Positions 10,383-22,176 of a DNA stretch of 64,000 bases are shown here, in pieces. Positions within the stretch are counted from its first letter, which is position 1; each line of letters starts with the position of its first letter. The notes under the pieces are model-generated. The model was not told the origin of the DNA. It made no database searches and was given only the letters and a program-made list of their open reading frames with translations. Source of the stretch: an uncultured Planctomycetaceae bacterium (GTDB lineage Bacteria; Planctomycetota; Planctomycetia; Planctomycetales; Planctomycetaceae); assembly GCA_963813715.1 (NCBI GenBank), contig CAWFAK010000005.1, positions 1,408,001-1,472,000 on the forward strand. The letters run 5' to 3'. Position numbers and translations under genes: made by a program.

Positions 10383-12361
10383 CTAGTCGACCTCGGCCGG
10401 TTCCAGCTCGCGGCGGAACTGGTTGAATCGCATGTACTCCCAGTGCCGGAACAGGGACGAGCCCTTCACCAGCTCGGCGTAGGTTCCCTGCGATTCGACC
10501 GTGCCGTGGTGCAGGAAGACCACGGTGTCGGCCCGGCGGAGCGTCGAGAGGCGGTTGGGCAGGAAGATCACCGTGCGTCCGCGGACGATGCGGTTGTACG
10601 AGTCGTCCAGCAAGGACTTCGTGTCGTCGTCCATTGCCTCGCTCGGCTCTTCGATGATCATGATCGCCGGATCGCGGACGACGGCCCGGGCCACGCCCAG
10701 CCGGAAACCCTGCCCGGCGTCGAGCCGCTCGCCGTGCTCGCCGATCACCGTTTCGTAGCCCTGCGGCAGCTTCAGGATGAAGTTGTGCGCGTGGGCCGTC
10801 TTTGCCGCCTCGGTGACGTCGGGCAGCGTATAGCTGGAATGGCTGCAGATAATGTTCTCGGCCACGGTGCCGGTGAAGAACGGGTCGGCGCCGCCGACGT
10901 AGACGGTTTCGGCCCGCAGCGATTCGAGCGTACCCCAGGCGATATCTTCGCCATCAAAGAGGACGCGGCCCGATTGGGGCTCGATGAATCGCGGCAGCAT
11001 GCAAGCGAGCGCCCGCGCCTCGAGCGGGTCGAACGAGACAACGGCGATCACCTCGCCGGCCGTGAGCCTCAGGTCGAGCCCGTCGAGCAGCTTCCGCTTG
11101 TTGAGCAGCGTGTAGGAGACGGCCTCGAAGACGATCGAGCGTTGCACAGGCTCGAGAAACTTCGCGCCCACTGCCTGGCTGACCGCCGGAATTTGATTCA
11201 GGTAGCGATAGATGCGATCGGCCGCAAGCGAACTCTTGGCAAGCCAGACGGGCAGTTCCCACAACTGGGCCAGAGGCCGCGGCAACGACGCCAGACTCGC
11301 CAGCATCAACAGGGCCGCGGAGAAGGAGAGGGCGCCCGGCAGGAAGGAGGGCTGCAGCACCTTGCTCCCGATCAGGTAGGTCACGGCAGCCACGCACACC
11401 AGCACGAGCAAGCCAACGGCCAACCGCTGGAAGTGCAGCATGTTGAGCATGGTCAGCACGCTCGTGCGGAACTTCTCCAGGTGATGGTGGAACTGCTGAT
11501 GCTCGAAGTCTTCCATCCCATAGCCGCGGACAATTCGCGTCTTTCGCAGCCCCTCGGCCAGGAGCCGCAGACGCCGTTCGGCCCGCGCCTCTTCCAGCTT
11601 GCGTGCGGCGGCAAATCGCAGCCGCTGACGTTGCACGAGGAACCAGCAGCCACCCAGCAGGAGCAGACACTGCAAGCCGGCCCGCCAATTCACGGCCAAG
11701 ACCAATGGGATCAGCAGGATCAGCTGCGAGGGGTAACACCCGAGGCGATAAATCCAGGCCTGGATTCCGTCCCGCACCTGGTCGACTTCGTTCGTGAACA
11801 GGCCGATGACCTGCGTGCCGTCCGGATCGGTGAGGTCGCCGGGGCCCAAGCGGAGAGTCTGGCGGTGCAGCGTGCGGCGCAGGCGGGTGGCGACGTCCAG
11901 GGCCGCCCCCGTGCTGACGCTTTCTGCCCGCCACAGGCACACGCCCCGGAGGCAGGCAAACGCCAGCGCGATCAGCACCAGCAGGGCCAAGCTCCTGTTG
12001 TTTTCGCGAAACCAGCTGATGCGGTGATAGGCCCGCCGCAAGAGCGGGCCCAGAATCGGGGCCTCGCGGGCGCGCCAGGCGACCGAGCGCAAGCCCCCTT
12101 CGTCGCGGGCCGTCAACATGGCGGCCGCGACGTCGTCCGAGCCGTTCAGAAACTGGGCGAAGTCCGGCGCTTGTTCGAGCGTCAACTCGGGGAGACGTCC
12201 GCGGGTTTCCAGCAGGTCGGCGACGAGACACACGTCGACCAGCAGAAAGCAAAGGGCCACGGAGGCAAAGATGCCCCAGAGCAGGGCCCGCAGGGCTTTG
12301 CCCCGAAAGAGATCGCGCCCGGAAAAACCCGCTCGAGCGATTTGAAATGCGTGGATGCCAC
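10383..12361 (-). CDS. ABC exporter-type fused permease/NBD with degenerate nucleotide-binding motifs (start uncertain, possible frameshift near 12320)
   Basis: TM domain then NBD-like AAKTAHAHNFILKLPQGYETVIGEHG; Walker A replaced by SFDPLEARA. Confidence 0.8.
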
Positions 12362-12492
12362 GAGTCGCGCCGCTAGTTCAGCGTTGTTGGGCCGTCCGTG
12401 AAGGGGCTGATAACCCCGTGAGCTGCCCTCCGTTGGTGCTTCGTCATCGCGCGTTTGTCGCCCGCCCCCGCCGCGATCAGGGCCAAGAGCCC

Positions 12493-13428
12493 TCAGGCCA
12501 GATCGCGGTCCTCGAACAGGATGAACGCCAGGAAAATCGCCGCCGCACTGAAGGCGCCGCAGTACAGGGCGGCATAACCGAGGTAGTCGGCGGGCACGAG
12601 CCCGCCCGTGGAAATTGCCGCTTCGGTCTTGAACAGCTCGAGATTAGGCAGCGCGGTCGCGAGCAATTTGGCGGTGAACTGCACCAACTCGATCTGCAAC
12701 ACGCCCCGCTCCACCATCAGGCTGGTGACATGGCCGACGACGAAGATCGCAAAGCAGGTGACCATATTCACGACCATCGGCACCCGCGTGGAAATGGCGA
12801 CGCTCACCGCGGTCAGCAGGCAGATCTCGAAGAAGATCAGGATCAGCCCCGGGATCGTCTTCAGCATGATCGCCACTTTGTAGGCCACCTCCGGTTCCGG
12901 ATTGGCCGACTCGCGCGAATCGTAGCCGACTTTGTAGTAGACAAGCGCCAGGAAGATGATCATCAAGGGCAGCATCAGCCAGAACACGGCCGTCATGATG
13001 CCGACGAATTTCCCCAGCACGAACTGCCGGCGATTGATCGGCTTGGAGAGCAGCGTCATCGCCGTCTTGCCTTCGATCTCGTCGGCAATGCTGGTGCTCG
13101 ACGTCCAGACGGCCAGCAGCAGCCCGCAGATCAGGATGGTTGCCAGGCCGCAGTCCATCAGCATCTTGAAGTCTTCGCCGAACGAGAAGAACGGCAAAAA
13201 CGTGTTGGTGACCAGACTGATGAGCGCGAGCGCCATCAAAAGCGGAAAGAGCGGCTGGCGGATGGCTTCTTTGGTCGTCGCGCGGGCGATGACGCCGGCC
13301 CGCGTCGCATAGCAAAAGAGGGTCGTCGCCACGACGAGCAGGCCCGCGAACGGCGCCACGTACAACAGCGACCGCTCCTGGTAGTTGAGCGCCGACAGGA
13401 GGAGCGACCCCGACAGAAGATCCGACAT
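12493..13428 (-). CDS. ABC-2 type transporter permease
   Basis: [40 protein letters not shown]-terminal FEDRDLA. Confidence 0.85.
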   Translation of the reverse strand: MSDLLSGSLLLSALNYQERSLLYVAPFAGLLVVATTLFCYATRAGVIARATTKEAIRQPLFPLLMALALISLVTNTFLPFFSFGEDFKMLMDCGLATILICGLLLAVWTSSTSIADEIEGKTAMTLLSKPINRRQFVLGKFVGIMTAVFWLMLPLMIIFLALVYYKVGYDSRESANPEPEVAYKVAIMLKTIPGLILIFFEICLLTAVSVAISTRVPMVVNMVTCFAIFVVGHVTSLMVERGVLQIELVQFTAKLLATALPNLELFKTEAAISTGGLVPADYLGYAALYCGAFSAAAIFLAFILFEDRDLA

Positions 13429-13759
13429 GATCCGAGCCTTGATTCTTCAAAGAGAGGACGTGGCGGTCGTAAAACGCGGCCGGCGCCAGACAGAGCCGGG
13501 ACGCCTCGCGCACCGGTCAGGGCCGCGTGCCACCCTCCTACGTCCACCTTAATCAAAATGTTGGATCGAAAACACCTAGGCCCGGACACTGCGGACGGAC
13601 TGAAACTGGTGATTTCCGCGCCGAGCCCCGTTTATCGATCCCTCCACTCAATTTAGCCGCCGGCTGAGCCCAAGAAAAGCCGCAAAGTCTGCGGAGAACG
13701 GACTGTCGGCGCAAGTACTCGACATGCGGCAGAGAGCGCCGAGTGCCTCAAATCGGCCT

Positions 13760-14056
13760 CTAGCGACGCACCTCGAAGCCGGCGAAGGGCTCCTTCGGGC
13801 TGCAGTCTTCCTCGGTCCGCCGCTCGATATGGCCGGCAAAATGCTCGTCCAGCCGGGCCAAGAGCTGTTCAATGTCGGTCTGCGTTCCGTGGGCCACCAG
13901 CTCCACCGACCCGTCGGGGCGATTGCGGACGTACCCCTGAACGTCGCAATCCTCGGCCAGGTGGGCCGTCGTAAAGCGAAAACCGACCCCCTGCACGCGC
14001 CCGAAGAAGAGGAGACGGCGGGTCTGCGAATCGTTGGCGGGCCGGTCGGCGGTCAT
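13760..14056 (-). CDS. acyP: acylphosphatase
   Basis: GRVQGVGFR and GYVRNRPDGSVE signatures; ATGA overlap with the upstream gene. Confidence 0.92.
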   Translation of the reverse strand: MTADRPANDSQTRRLLFFGRVQGVGFRFTTAHLAEDCDVQGYVRNRPDGSVELVAHGTQTDIEQLLARLDEHFAGHIERRTEEDCSPKEPFAGFEVRR

Positions 14057-16941
14057 GGCGTGTGCGGCACCACGCGAAGCAGGAGCGGTCGCGAGGTTTG
14101 AGCGCCTTCGCGGTCGGCGACGGCATGAATCAGCCGTTCGGACGGCCGCACCCATTTCGCCGCCGTCAAAAAGACCTGTCGCTCGTTCTCGCCGTCCCGC
14201 ACCATGATTCCGTTCAGGCCGATGTTGTCCACGATTACGCCGTGGGGCAGGTTCTCGACCTCGAACCGCAATTCGCCCTTGTAGCCGTGCCGTTCGATTT
14301 GCAACAGGGCGGTCACCGACTGTCCGGGCTCGATCATGATTTCGTCGGTCGGAGTGTCGGCATCGCCGGGCGATTCGGGGCGCAATCGAGCAACCAACCT
14401 GGGAGGCGGCCACAGCGCGACCTCCGGGGGCGCCACCCGCTTCACGACCTCATGGTCGGCGATGTTGGCAACCGCCGTCACCTTAAGAGCCTTCCAAGCC
14501 TCTGCGCCGGCCGGCTTGGCATCGGGGTCGGTGTTGATCGTCCCCCGGGCCTCGAGATGCCCCTGCTCGACCACCAATGGGGAAGTGAGGTGATAGCCCT
14601 TCGGGACTCCTGAAAACTCGACGCGAACCTCTCCCTCAAAACCGTCGATTCGATCGAGGGACACGATCAACCGCTCTCCACCGCCAGCTGGTACATTTAA
14701 TAATCGCGGGTTCAGCGAGACCGCGAAATCCGGCTGCGGCCGCCGCACCGTGAGCGTGTATTTGAATTTGTCGCCGCCGTAGCCGCGCGTGTCGGCAACG
14801 CGAACCAGGTAGTCGCCGTCGGCCGGAGCGGTGAACGTCAGCCGCGAATCGCGGCCCAATTTGCGGGACGCGTCGTCATCGTTGGCGTAATAGAGGGGGA
14901 AGACGGGCAAGCCGTTGTCGGCGAGCTTCGTGCCTGGCGCGTAGGGCTCGACAATATAGACGGGCTCGTTGAGCGCGTGGTCGACGGCGCTCGTGTCGAA
15001 GTAGCAGCGACGGGCCCCGTTCATCGTGTACAAGTCGTATTCCGAATCGGGGCCGCGGGGCGCGCGAAACAGTCGGCAGACCTCGCCCGACATATAGAGG
15101 AACTGGTTGAGATCCATTTTGCGCCAGTTCTCCAGCCGCACGCCCCCCTGTTGGGAGTTGATCGGCCGGAACGTCACTTCCGAATCGCGGACGGCCCGCA
15201 GCAGGCAGCGCACGATCGGCGCGCCGTCGGCCTGCAGTACATCGATCCGCGTGTCCGCGGGGGAACCCTTCCGCGCCGCCTCGGTCTCGACGATCCAAAC
15301 CTCGCCCGCCCGCGCATGAAAGCGGTAGTAATCGACGTCCGCGTGTGCGTCTGGCCCCTTGAGCACACCCGAAACCGTGGCGGGAAGAGCCAGGCGATTC
15401 GCGGTGGCGGGCGTATCGTTGGGTTCTTTTTCTTGGCCGGCGCTGGCGGAACCCGCGCTGGGCGCGACAGCCGGCAAGGAGGCGTAATCGAGCGGAGGGG
15501 CAGCGTGCGTCGGACCGGCGGACAAGTCGGCGAGCGAACGCACCGACAGGCTGCCGTCGATGCGGCCGGCGGCCAGCGATTTATCGTCGGGCGAAATCGC
15601 AAGAGCCGTCGTCCAGTCCGAGTCGTCGGTGAAGCGCGCGGCCTGCTCGTAGCGAGCGGCGCTCCACACTTTGACCGTGCGATCTTCCGACGACGAGACG
15701 ATCCACCGCCCGCCGTGCGAAACGGCCAATCGCAAGATCGGGCCGTCGTGGGCAAAGAGTGACTCGACGATTTCGTTCGTCCCTTCCTTGGCCGAATCGC
15801 TCAACTTCCAGACGCGGATCCGGCTGTCGACGCCGCCGGCAACCACATGGCGGCCGTCGGGCATGAACGCGACGGCGTACTGCTCCTTGAGTGGCTGGCT
15901 GAACGTGTCGAGCCGTTCGCCGCGGGCCACGTCCCACAACTTCACCGTGCGATCGCCGCTGGCACTGGCCAGGAGGCGGCCGCTGGGATCGAAGGCGACA
16001 TCGAAGACGGGCCCGTTATGCCCGCTCAACACCCGCAGCTCCTTGCCGGTGGACGTGTCCCACAGGCGAATCGATTGATCGTAGCTGCCCGTCGCCGCCA
16101 GTTTGCCGTCCGGACTGATCGCCGCGCTCAGCAGCGCGTCGCGATGACCGCGGAGCGTGAGCTGGCGCGTCCAATCGGCCGTGCTCCAGAGCGTCAGCTC
16201 GCCGAACAAGCCGGCTTCGCCTGCCGCGGCGAAGAGCAGCGACCCGTCGGCGGAGAAGCCCACGGCGTTTACGCTTCCCGCCAATTCCGTCAGTTTCTGC
16301 ACGGGGGTGCGCGTCGACGCCGAGAGAATCGTCACGCTGCGATAACGGGCCACCGCGAGAAACTGTCCGTCGGGCGAATAGGCCAACGCGTGAATCGGCC
16401 GTCGCGGCTTCCCTTTGGGCTCGATGCGAGGAACCGTCAACGCCAAGGCAGAGCCGGCCCCGCCGGTCGAGTTCTTCGCTCCGGCCGCGATCCAGGCTTT
16501 GAGGACGTCGATCTCCGCCGCGTTCGGCCCCACGTTGCCTTCCGGCGGCATGGCGGGCTCGGCTTTCTTCTCGAGCTGGCGAATCATGCGGCTCTCGGCC
16601 GCCTTGCCCGCGACGAGAATTGCCCCGTGCTCGCCGCCGTGCAAGACCTGGGCGTGACTCTCGAGCACCAAACCGCCTTGAGCTTCCTGTGCGTTGTGAC
16701 AGCCGAGGCAATACTTGCGAAAGATGGGTGCCACGTCGCGAGCGTAATCGGGCACCGACTTCGCGGGAGTGCTCTTCCCCGGCCTGGCCCCGTCACCGGC
16801 GAACACCGGCGGCGCGGCGAACGCCACCAAAACGCCGACAGCCGCGCAAAGAATTGGTCGGTTCACAAAGAAGCTCTCGATTCGGGTGGCAATGGCGGCT
16901 CGTCCGCCAGTGTCTTTGTCTTTGCCGTCGTTTTTTCGCAT
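14053..16941 (-). CDS. planctomycete cytochrome c domain + WD40 propeller + PPC-like domain protein (start ATG 16941 or GTG 16866)
   Basis: signal peptide; DYARDVAPIFRKYCLGCH heme motif, MPP...LKAWI; several GH...W[DS] WD40 repeats; DVDYYRF and DSRLTFTAPADGDY. Confidence 0.88.
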   Translation of the reverse strand: MRKNDGKDKDTGGRAAIATRIESFFVNRPILCAAVGVLVAFAAPPVFAGDGARPGKSTPAKSVPDYARDVAPIFRKYCLGCHNAQEAQGGLVLESHAQVLHGGEHGAILVAGKAAESRMIRQLEKKAEPAMPPEGNVGPNAAEIDVLKAWIAAGAKNSTGGAGSALALTVPRIEPKGKPRRPIHALAYSPDGQFLAVARYRSVTILSASTRTPVQKLTELAGSVNAVGFSADGSLLFAAAGEAGLFGELTLWSTADWTRQLTLRGHRDALLSAAISPDGKLAATGSYDQSIRLWDTSTGKELRVLSGHNGPVFDVAFDPSGRLLASASGDRTVKLWDVARGERLDTFSQPLKEQYAVAFMPDGRHVVAGGVDSRIRVWKLSDSAKEGTNEIVESLFAHDGPILRLAVSHGGRWIVSSSEDRTVKVWSAARYEQAARFTDDSDWTTALAISPDDKSLAAGRIDGSLSVRSLADLSAGPTHAAPPLDYASLPAVAPSAGSASAGQEKEPNDTPATANRLALPATVSGVLKGPDAHADVDYYRFHARAGEVWIVETEAARKGSPADTRIDVLQADGAPIVRCLLRAVRDSEVTFRPINSQQGGVRLENWRKMDLNQFLYMSGEVCRLFRAPRGPDSEYDLYTMNGARRCYFDTSAVDHALNEPVYIVEPYAPGTKLADNGLPVFPLYYANDDDASRKLGRDSRLTFTAPADGDYLVRVADTRGYGGDKFKYTLTVRRPQPDFAVSLNPRLLNVPAGGGERLIVSLDRIDGFEGEVRVEFSGVPKGYHLTSPLVVEQGHLEARGTINTDPDAKPAGAEAWKALKVTAVANIADHEVVKRVAPPEVALWPPPRLVARLRPESPGDADTPTDEIMIEPGQSVTALLQIERHGYKGELRFEVENLPHGVIVDNIGLNGIMVRDGENERQVFLTAAKWVRPSERLIHAVADREGAQTSRPLLLRVVPHTP

Positions 16942-16978
16942 GCAAGAACCACTGGCGGACTAGCCGCCAGTGCCACCC
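16884..16978. repeat. REP family A inverted dimer at the gene junction
   Basis: GGGTGGCAATGGCGGCTCGTCCGCCAGTG ... CACTGGCGGACTAGCCGCCAGTGCCACCC. Confidence 0.9.
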
Positions 16979-16987
16979 ATTCGCACG

Positions 16988-19721
16988 TTAGTGATTGAAC
17001 AAGAACTCGTTGCTGCTCAGCACGCTCCAGTAGAGATCCTCGATCGCCTTGCGGCGGGCGCGGACCGACTCGGCGGGAATCTCGCGAACCCGCTTTTCGA
17101 CCGCAGCGACGGCTTGCTGACGTGCGGCCGGATCCTTGATCGCAATCGCCGCGGCAATGCGACTTTGAACGTCGGCCAGCGCCGGCAGGCGATCGCTGTC
17201 TTCCACTTGGGCGAGGGCCGCCGTCAATTTCTGCCGCTCCGACGCCGTCGGCAACCGCGACAAGGCGGCCAGATACAAATCTTCGACGACGGCTCCATCG
17301 TCCGCCGCCAGCAGGTGATCGATGCGATTGCCGCTCGCCTCGATCTTGGCGTTGAGCGTGTTGCCGTTCGTGAGGTGCAGCACCTGCGACATGCTGGGTT
17401 CGTTGGAGCGCTCGCACTCGCACGTGATCAATCGCTCCGGGCGGCCGAAGACGCCGAGGAAGTACGAGTCGGCCTCCGAGTCGGCCAGCTGCGAGCGCCC
17501 GCGTGCCGGTCGGCTGTCCCTTGAACGTCGTGGGCGAGCCGGTGACTTGCGAAAGAGCGTCCAGCAACACTTCGGCCTTCAGACGCCGCGGCAAGAATCG
17601 CGAATAGAACCGCTCGTCCCCTTCGTTGCCGGTCCGGGTGGCGCTCGAGCGTTGATAGGTGGCGGAGATGAGGATCTGCCGCATCAGCGATTTCAGGTCG
17701 TAACCGTTTTTCGCCAGGTCGTCGGCAAGCGCCGTCAACAGGGGCGCGTTGCTGGGCGGGTTGGTCAATCGCATGTCGTCGACCGCCTCGACGAGCCCGC
17801 GCCCGAAAAAGTTGGCCCAGACGCGATTGACGATCGAGCGGCTGAAGTACGGGTTCTTCGGATCGGTCAGCCAGTCGGCCAACACGGCGCGTCGATCGGC
17901 CGTCGCCCCGAGGGCGATCGGTGCCGCGTCGAGCGGCCGCGGAGACTGCGGATGGCCGGTCCGCGGCTGGATCAGGTCGCCGCTATCCGCGACGAAGATA
18001 ATGCGACTGTCGTCGCCGTCCTTGCCGCGGACGCGCGCGAACAGGTTGGCCATCCCGTAATAGTCGTCGTTGGTCCACTTCTCGAGCGGGTGGTCGTGGC
18101 AATGAGCGCACTGAATCGACATGCCGAGGAAGGCCATCGAGACCGTTTCCGCCATCTCCTGCGGATCCTCGTGCATGGCGTAGAAGTTTGCCGCCCCGTT
18201 TTCCGTCGTGCTGCCACGGGACGTGACGATCTCGCGCACGAACTTGTCCCAGGGCTCGTCGTCGGCGACGCGCTTGCGGATCCAGTTGGAGAAAGACTTC
18301 ACGCCGCTGGGCCGCAAGCGGGCCGCGGACACCAGGAGCAAGTCGGACCACTTCGCCGACCAGTAATCGACGAACTCGGGACGGGCCAGCAGGTCGTCGG
18401 CCAATCGCACGCGTTTGTCGGGCCGGCGATCCGCGAGAAAGGCCCGCGCCTGGTCGGCCGTCGGCAAGAGGCCGATCGTGTCGAGGCTCGCGCGACGCAG
18501 AAAGTCGGCGTCGGAACAAAGCGGCGACGGCGGAATGTTCAGCCGCTCGAGCTTCGTCAGCACCAGGTCGTCGATCACATTGCGGCGGTCGGCCTTGGTA
18601 AACGTGTCGGCGGCGAGTCGCGTGTCGTAGGGAACCTGCACCGTGCCCAAAACGGTTTTGCTCAGATACCAGGCGCTGATCGAGCCTTCGCCGTTGCCGG
18701 TGATCTTCACCTTTCCGACGTCGTCCACCTGGCAGACGGTTTGATTGGTGGAGGTGAACTTGGCCCAGGTGGTCACGTCTTCGGTATGGCCGTCGTTGAA
18801 ATGGGCCAGGATCAACACCTGTTGCTCGTCCCCCTTTTTGAGCACCAGGTCTTCGGGGACGATTTCGAGACGTTCGATCCGCGGATCGCTGGGCATGGGA
18901 GCCGGCTGGCCCGCGGCGATCCATTCGGCCAGCACGCGATACTCGTGCGAGTCGACCTGGAATCGCAGGCCGCCCTTGTGCGGAATCGCGCCCGACGGTT
19001 TGAGCAGGACCAGGCTCCGCCCCGGATCGCTCGGCACGATCCGGCGTCCACCGGCTTGCCGCGTAATCGCCAAAAAGTCGGCCGGCGGATCGTATCCGCG
19101 AAGCGACAACTTGAAGCCGTTCTTCCCCGCGGTCGCTCCGTGGCAGGCCCCCGAGTTGCAACCGGCTTTCGTCAGCACCGACTGGACGTGATTGCGAAAG
19201 CTCCAAGACTCATCGATCTTTTGACGCTCGACCGTCACTTCGATTTGCGCGGTCTGCTCGTGCCAGCGGGCTTGAATCGTCGCTTTGCCGTCGCCGACGG
19301 GAATCGCGACGGAGTTGCTCACCCGCACGACCTTCGGGTTGCTCGAGTTGAAAACCACGCCTTGCGTTGCCTGCCCGATCCAACGGCCCTGCAGCCGTCG
19401 CTCGACGACGAGGGCCTGCCGCGCCTTGGGACCGTGCAAAACCATCGCGTGCGGCAGGATGGCTAGCGACTCGCCGCTAGCGGCGGCCGTCGCGGGCGAG
19501 AGAGGCTCCGCACCGTGCGCCACGAGGGCCGCGGTCAACACAAGGACCGCGAGAGCGCCGCGCGTGAGAATCCACTTCAGACCAACAGTAAATGGGTGGC
19601 ACTGGCGGCTTGTCCGCCAGTGTCTTATTCCCGGGCTCGAACGCAGATCACTGGCGGGCAAGCCGCCAGTGCCACCCGGAAGTGGCTGCGTTCTCCCGAA
19701 TGCGATCGTAAAGCGGTTCAT
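16988..19721 (-). CDS. DUF1549/DUF1553 domain protein with Ig-like (Big_2) domains (frameshift near 17490)
   Basis: GCNSGACHG, FLRRASLD, CAHCHDHP, IVNRVWANFFGRGLV, RRLKAE; C-terminal CECER...LSSNEFLFNH in the 16988..17431 frame. Confidence 0.88.
19594..19677. repeat. REP family A inverted dimer inside the 5' coding region
   Basis: GGGTGGCACTGGCGGCTTGTCCGCCAGTG ... CACTGGCGGGCAAGCCGCCAGTGCCACCC; 84 bp. Confidence 0.9.
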
Positions 19722-19774
19722 CGAGGTGTTTGCCTTTCGGCAAGCTGCGACGGCGGGATGAGATTGAGGCGGGA

Positions 19775-21152
19775 TCAAAACAGTTCGGTGACGGGCTTCG
19801 TGCCCGAATCGACCAAGGCAAACGGACGGCCGGCGGGACCGGGCAATTGGGTTTCCAGGTCCAATCCCAGGCTGTGGAAGATCGTGGCGACGACTTCGTT
19901 CGGGGCGACCGGACGCTCGGCCGGGTATCCGCCGATCGCGTCGCTGCGACCGACCACGCGGCCCGCCTTGCACGCCGCCGCCGGCGAAGTAACTCGTCCA
20001 GCACTGCGGCCAATGGTCGCGTCCGCCGGCCGGATTGACGCGCGGCGTGCGGCCGAACTCCTGCAGATTGCAGACGAGCGTGTTGTCGAGCATGCCGCGC
20101 TGATTCAAGTCCTCGATCAGCGCGCTATACGCCTGGTCGTACATCGGCGCCACGATGTCGCGCATGCCTTCGATCGACGTGAACGGCTTGGTGCCGTGGA
20201 TGTCCCAAGTGATCTCGTCGAAGACGGTGAGGAACGTGTTGACCGTGACGAACCGCACGCCCGCTTCGATCAAGCGTCGGGCCATCAGGCAGCACTGGCC
20301 GAAGCGGTTGCGGCCGTAGCGGTCGCGGACCGACACGGGCTCTTGCTCCAGGTCGAAGGCCGATCGCGCCTGGCGACTGGTCATGATGCGGAAGGCCGCA
20401 TCGAAATTGCTGGTGAGCAGTTGCTCGTTCTGGCTCGTCTCGAAGTGATCGATCGTGTGCTCGACCAGGTCGCGGAGCTTGCGGCGGCGGGCCAGGCGGA
20501 CTTCGCCGATCTCTTTGGGCGGCAGCAGGTCGGGAACTTGAAAGTGCGGCTGCGACGGATCGGCGTTGAGCACGAACGGATCGTACGACTTCCCGAGGAA
20601 GCCGGCGTCCTGACCGTGGGGCATGTTGCCGCCGGTCGGCCCCATCGGCTTCGGAAGGAGCACGTGGGCCGGCAGGTCGCTCCGCCGTCCGCGCAGATAC
20701 GAGAGGACGCAGCCGGCGTGCGGCGTATTGATGCCGCCCGTGAAGAGCCGCCCGGTCTGCAGCATCTGGTGGCCCGTGTCGTGAACGGCCGCCGCCGTGT
20801 GATAGCAGCTGCGGACGAGCGAGAACTTGTCGGCAATGCGGGCGTGCTTGGGCAGGATCTCGCTGATCCCGATCTCGGGCGCGGCGGTGGAGATTTGCCG
20901 GAAGGGGCCGCGGATTTCGGCCGCCGCCTCGGGCTTCATGTCGAAGACGTCGAGCTGGCTGGGAGCGCCCAGGTTGAAAATCATGATCACCGAGCGCTCG
21001 TCGTAATCCTTGGACACGGCGCCGGCCGCTTTGAGAGCCGCGTAATCGACGAGCGACAGGCCGATGGCGCCCAGGGCGCCGGCCTGCAGGAAATCACGGC
21101 GCGTGAGACCGTCGCAGGTATGCGTCCTCCCTCGACCGCTGAACTGCAACAT
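19775..21152 (-). CDS. DUF1501 domain protein, Tat-like leader (frameshift near 19970)
   Basis: TRRDFLQAG, GAPSQLDVFDMKP, ARRLIEAGVRFV, WDIH, EFGRTP, GRDHWP; C-terminus in the 19775..19957 frame. Confidence 0.9.
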
Positions 21153-21492
21153 GCGTGCGCTCCGCATTCACCGGTTGCAGTTATGTGCGAGGGTATCGCC
21201 GCACAGGTCGGACACGGCACCGGGAACCACAGGCCCGGACCACTGACGGCGGGCGACTTCAATTAAGCAACCGTTGATTCGATTCTACTTCGCGCCGGGG
21301 GATGTCACAAGAATCGACGCGCCGCTCGGCCCGAAACGCGTAACGGGCTTTCGGCCAGTCCTTTTCCGTTAGTCGGAGCCGCCGGTTGCGGGCTGAATGG
21401 CGCGGAACGGCCGGGCGAATGCGCGCACGACAACATCGGAGCACGCGCAGGCGTTGCGCCGAATTGTCGTCACGGGTTCGCAAGCGTCGACG

Positions 21493-21696
21493 TTACGAGC
21501 CCATGCCGTTGTCGGACGTCACTTGCGGTTGATTGAGCACTGGCTCGTTCGAGCAGAGCTCTTCGCGGACGATGTTGAGATCGCGCGGTGCGTCGATGCC
21601 CAGACGCACGTTGTTGGGACCGATTCGCACGATCGTCACGGTCACGTTATCGCCGATCCTGATCTTTTCGCCCGTCTTGCGCGACAGAACTAGCAT
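21493..21696 (-). CDS. csrA: carbon storage regulator CsrA
   Basis: MLVLSRKTGEKIRIGDNVTVTIVRIGPNNVRLGIDAPRDLNIVREEL; AAGGAG RBS. Confidence 0.93.
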   Translation of the reverse strand: MLVLSRKTGEKIRIGDNVTVTIVRIGPNNVRLGIDAPRDLNIVREELCSNEPVLNQPQVTSDNGMGS

Positions 21697-22176
21697 TGCC
21701 TTCTCCTTGGTTCGGCTTTGCCGCAGCTTCCCTGATGCACCCTCACCGGCCATCGCGTGGAATGTGATTCGTGGTCGCCACGCGGCCAGGTACACGTCCG
21801 AAGCGCCGGTCAATTTCGTGCGCTTTTCGTTGTCATCAATACGAATACGTGGTCATTAGGATAACAAGCCGCATCGCAAAAAATCCAGTGGAGTTGCGTA
21901 AAACTCGGCCATTTCGCGATGCCGACAGACGGTGCGCCGGCAATGTCAAAATGGGACGACTGCAAAGACTACCGAGACAGCCCATCTCGCAGGCCGAAGG
22001 CGTGCCCACTTGTTGGGCATGGCCACTTGCTCATTTCCGATGCACGCTTGCTGGCTTCGCCGGCTGAACGAAACGGAATACTGCGGGTGGCGTGCCTTCG
22101 CTGCCTGCTTGACGGCGACTAGCCGCCTCACAATGCTAAGAAACCTTTCAGGTCACCTTGGCGGGGTCATCGAGCG

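Noticed and set aside
16863..21167. 1434-aa DUF1501-DUF1549 giant fusion ORF
   Set aside because: Frameshift artefact: the DUF1501 C-terminus and stop are in another frame (to 19775), and the second gene has its own ATG and signal peptide
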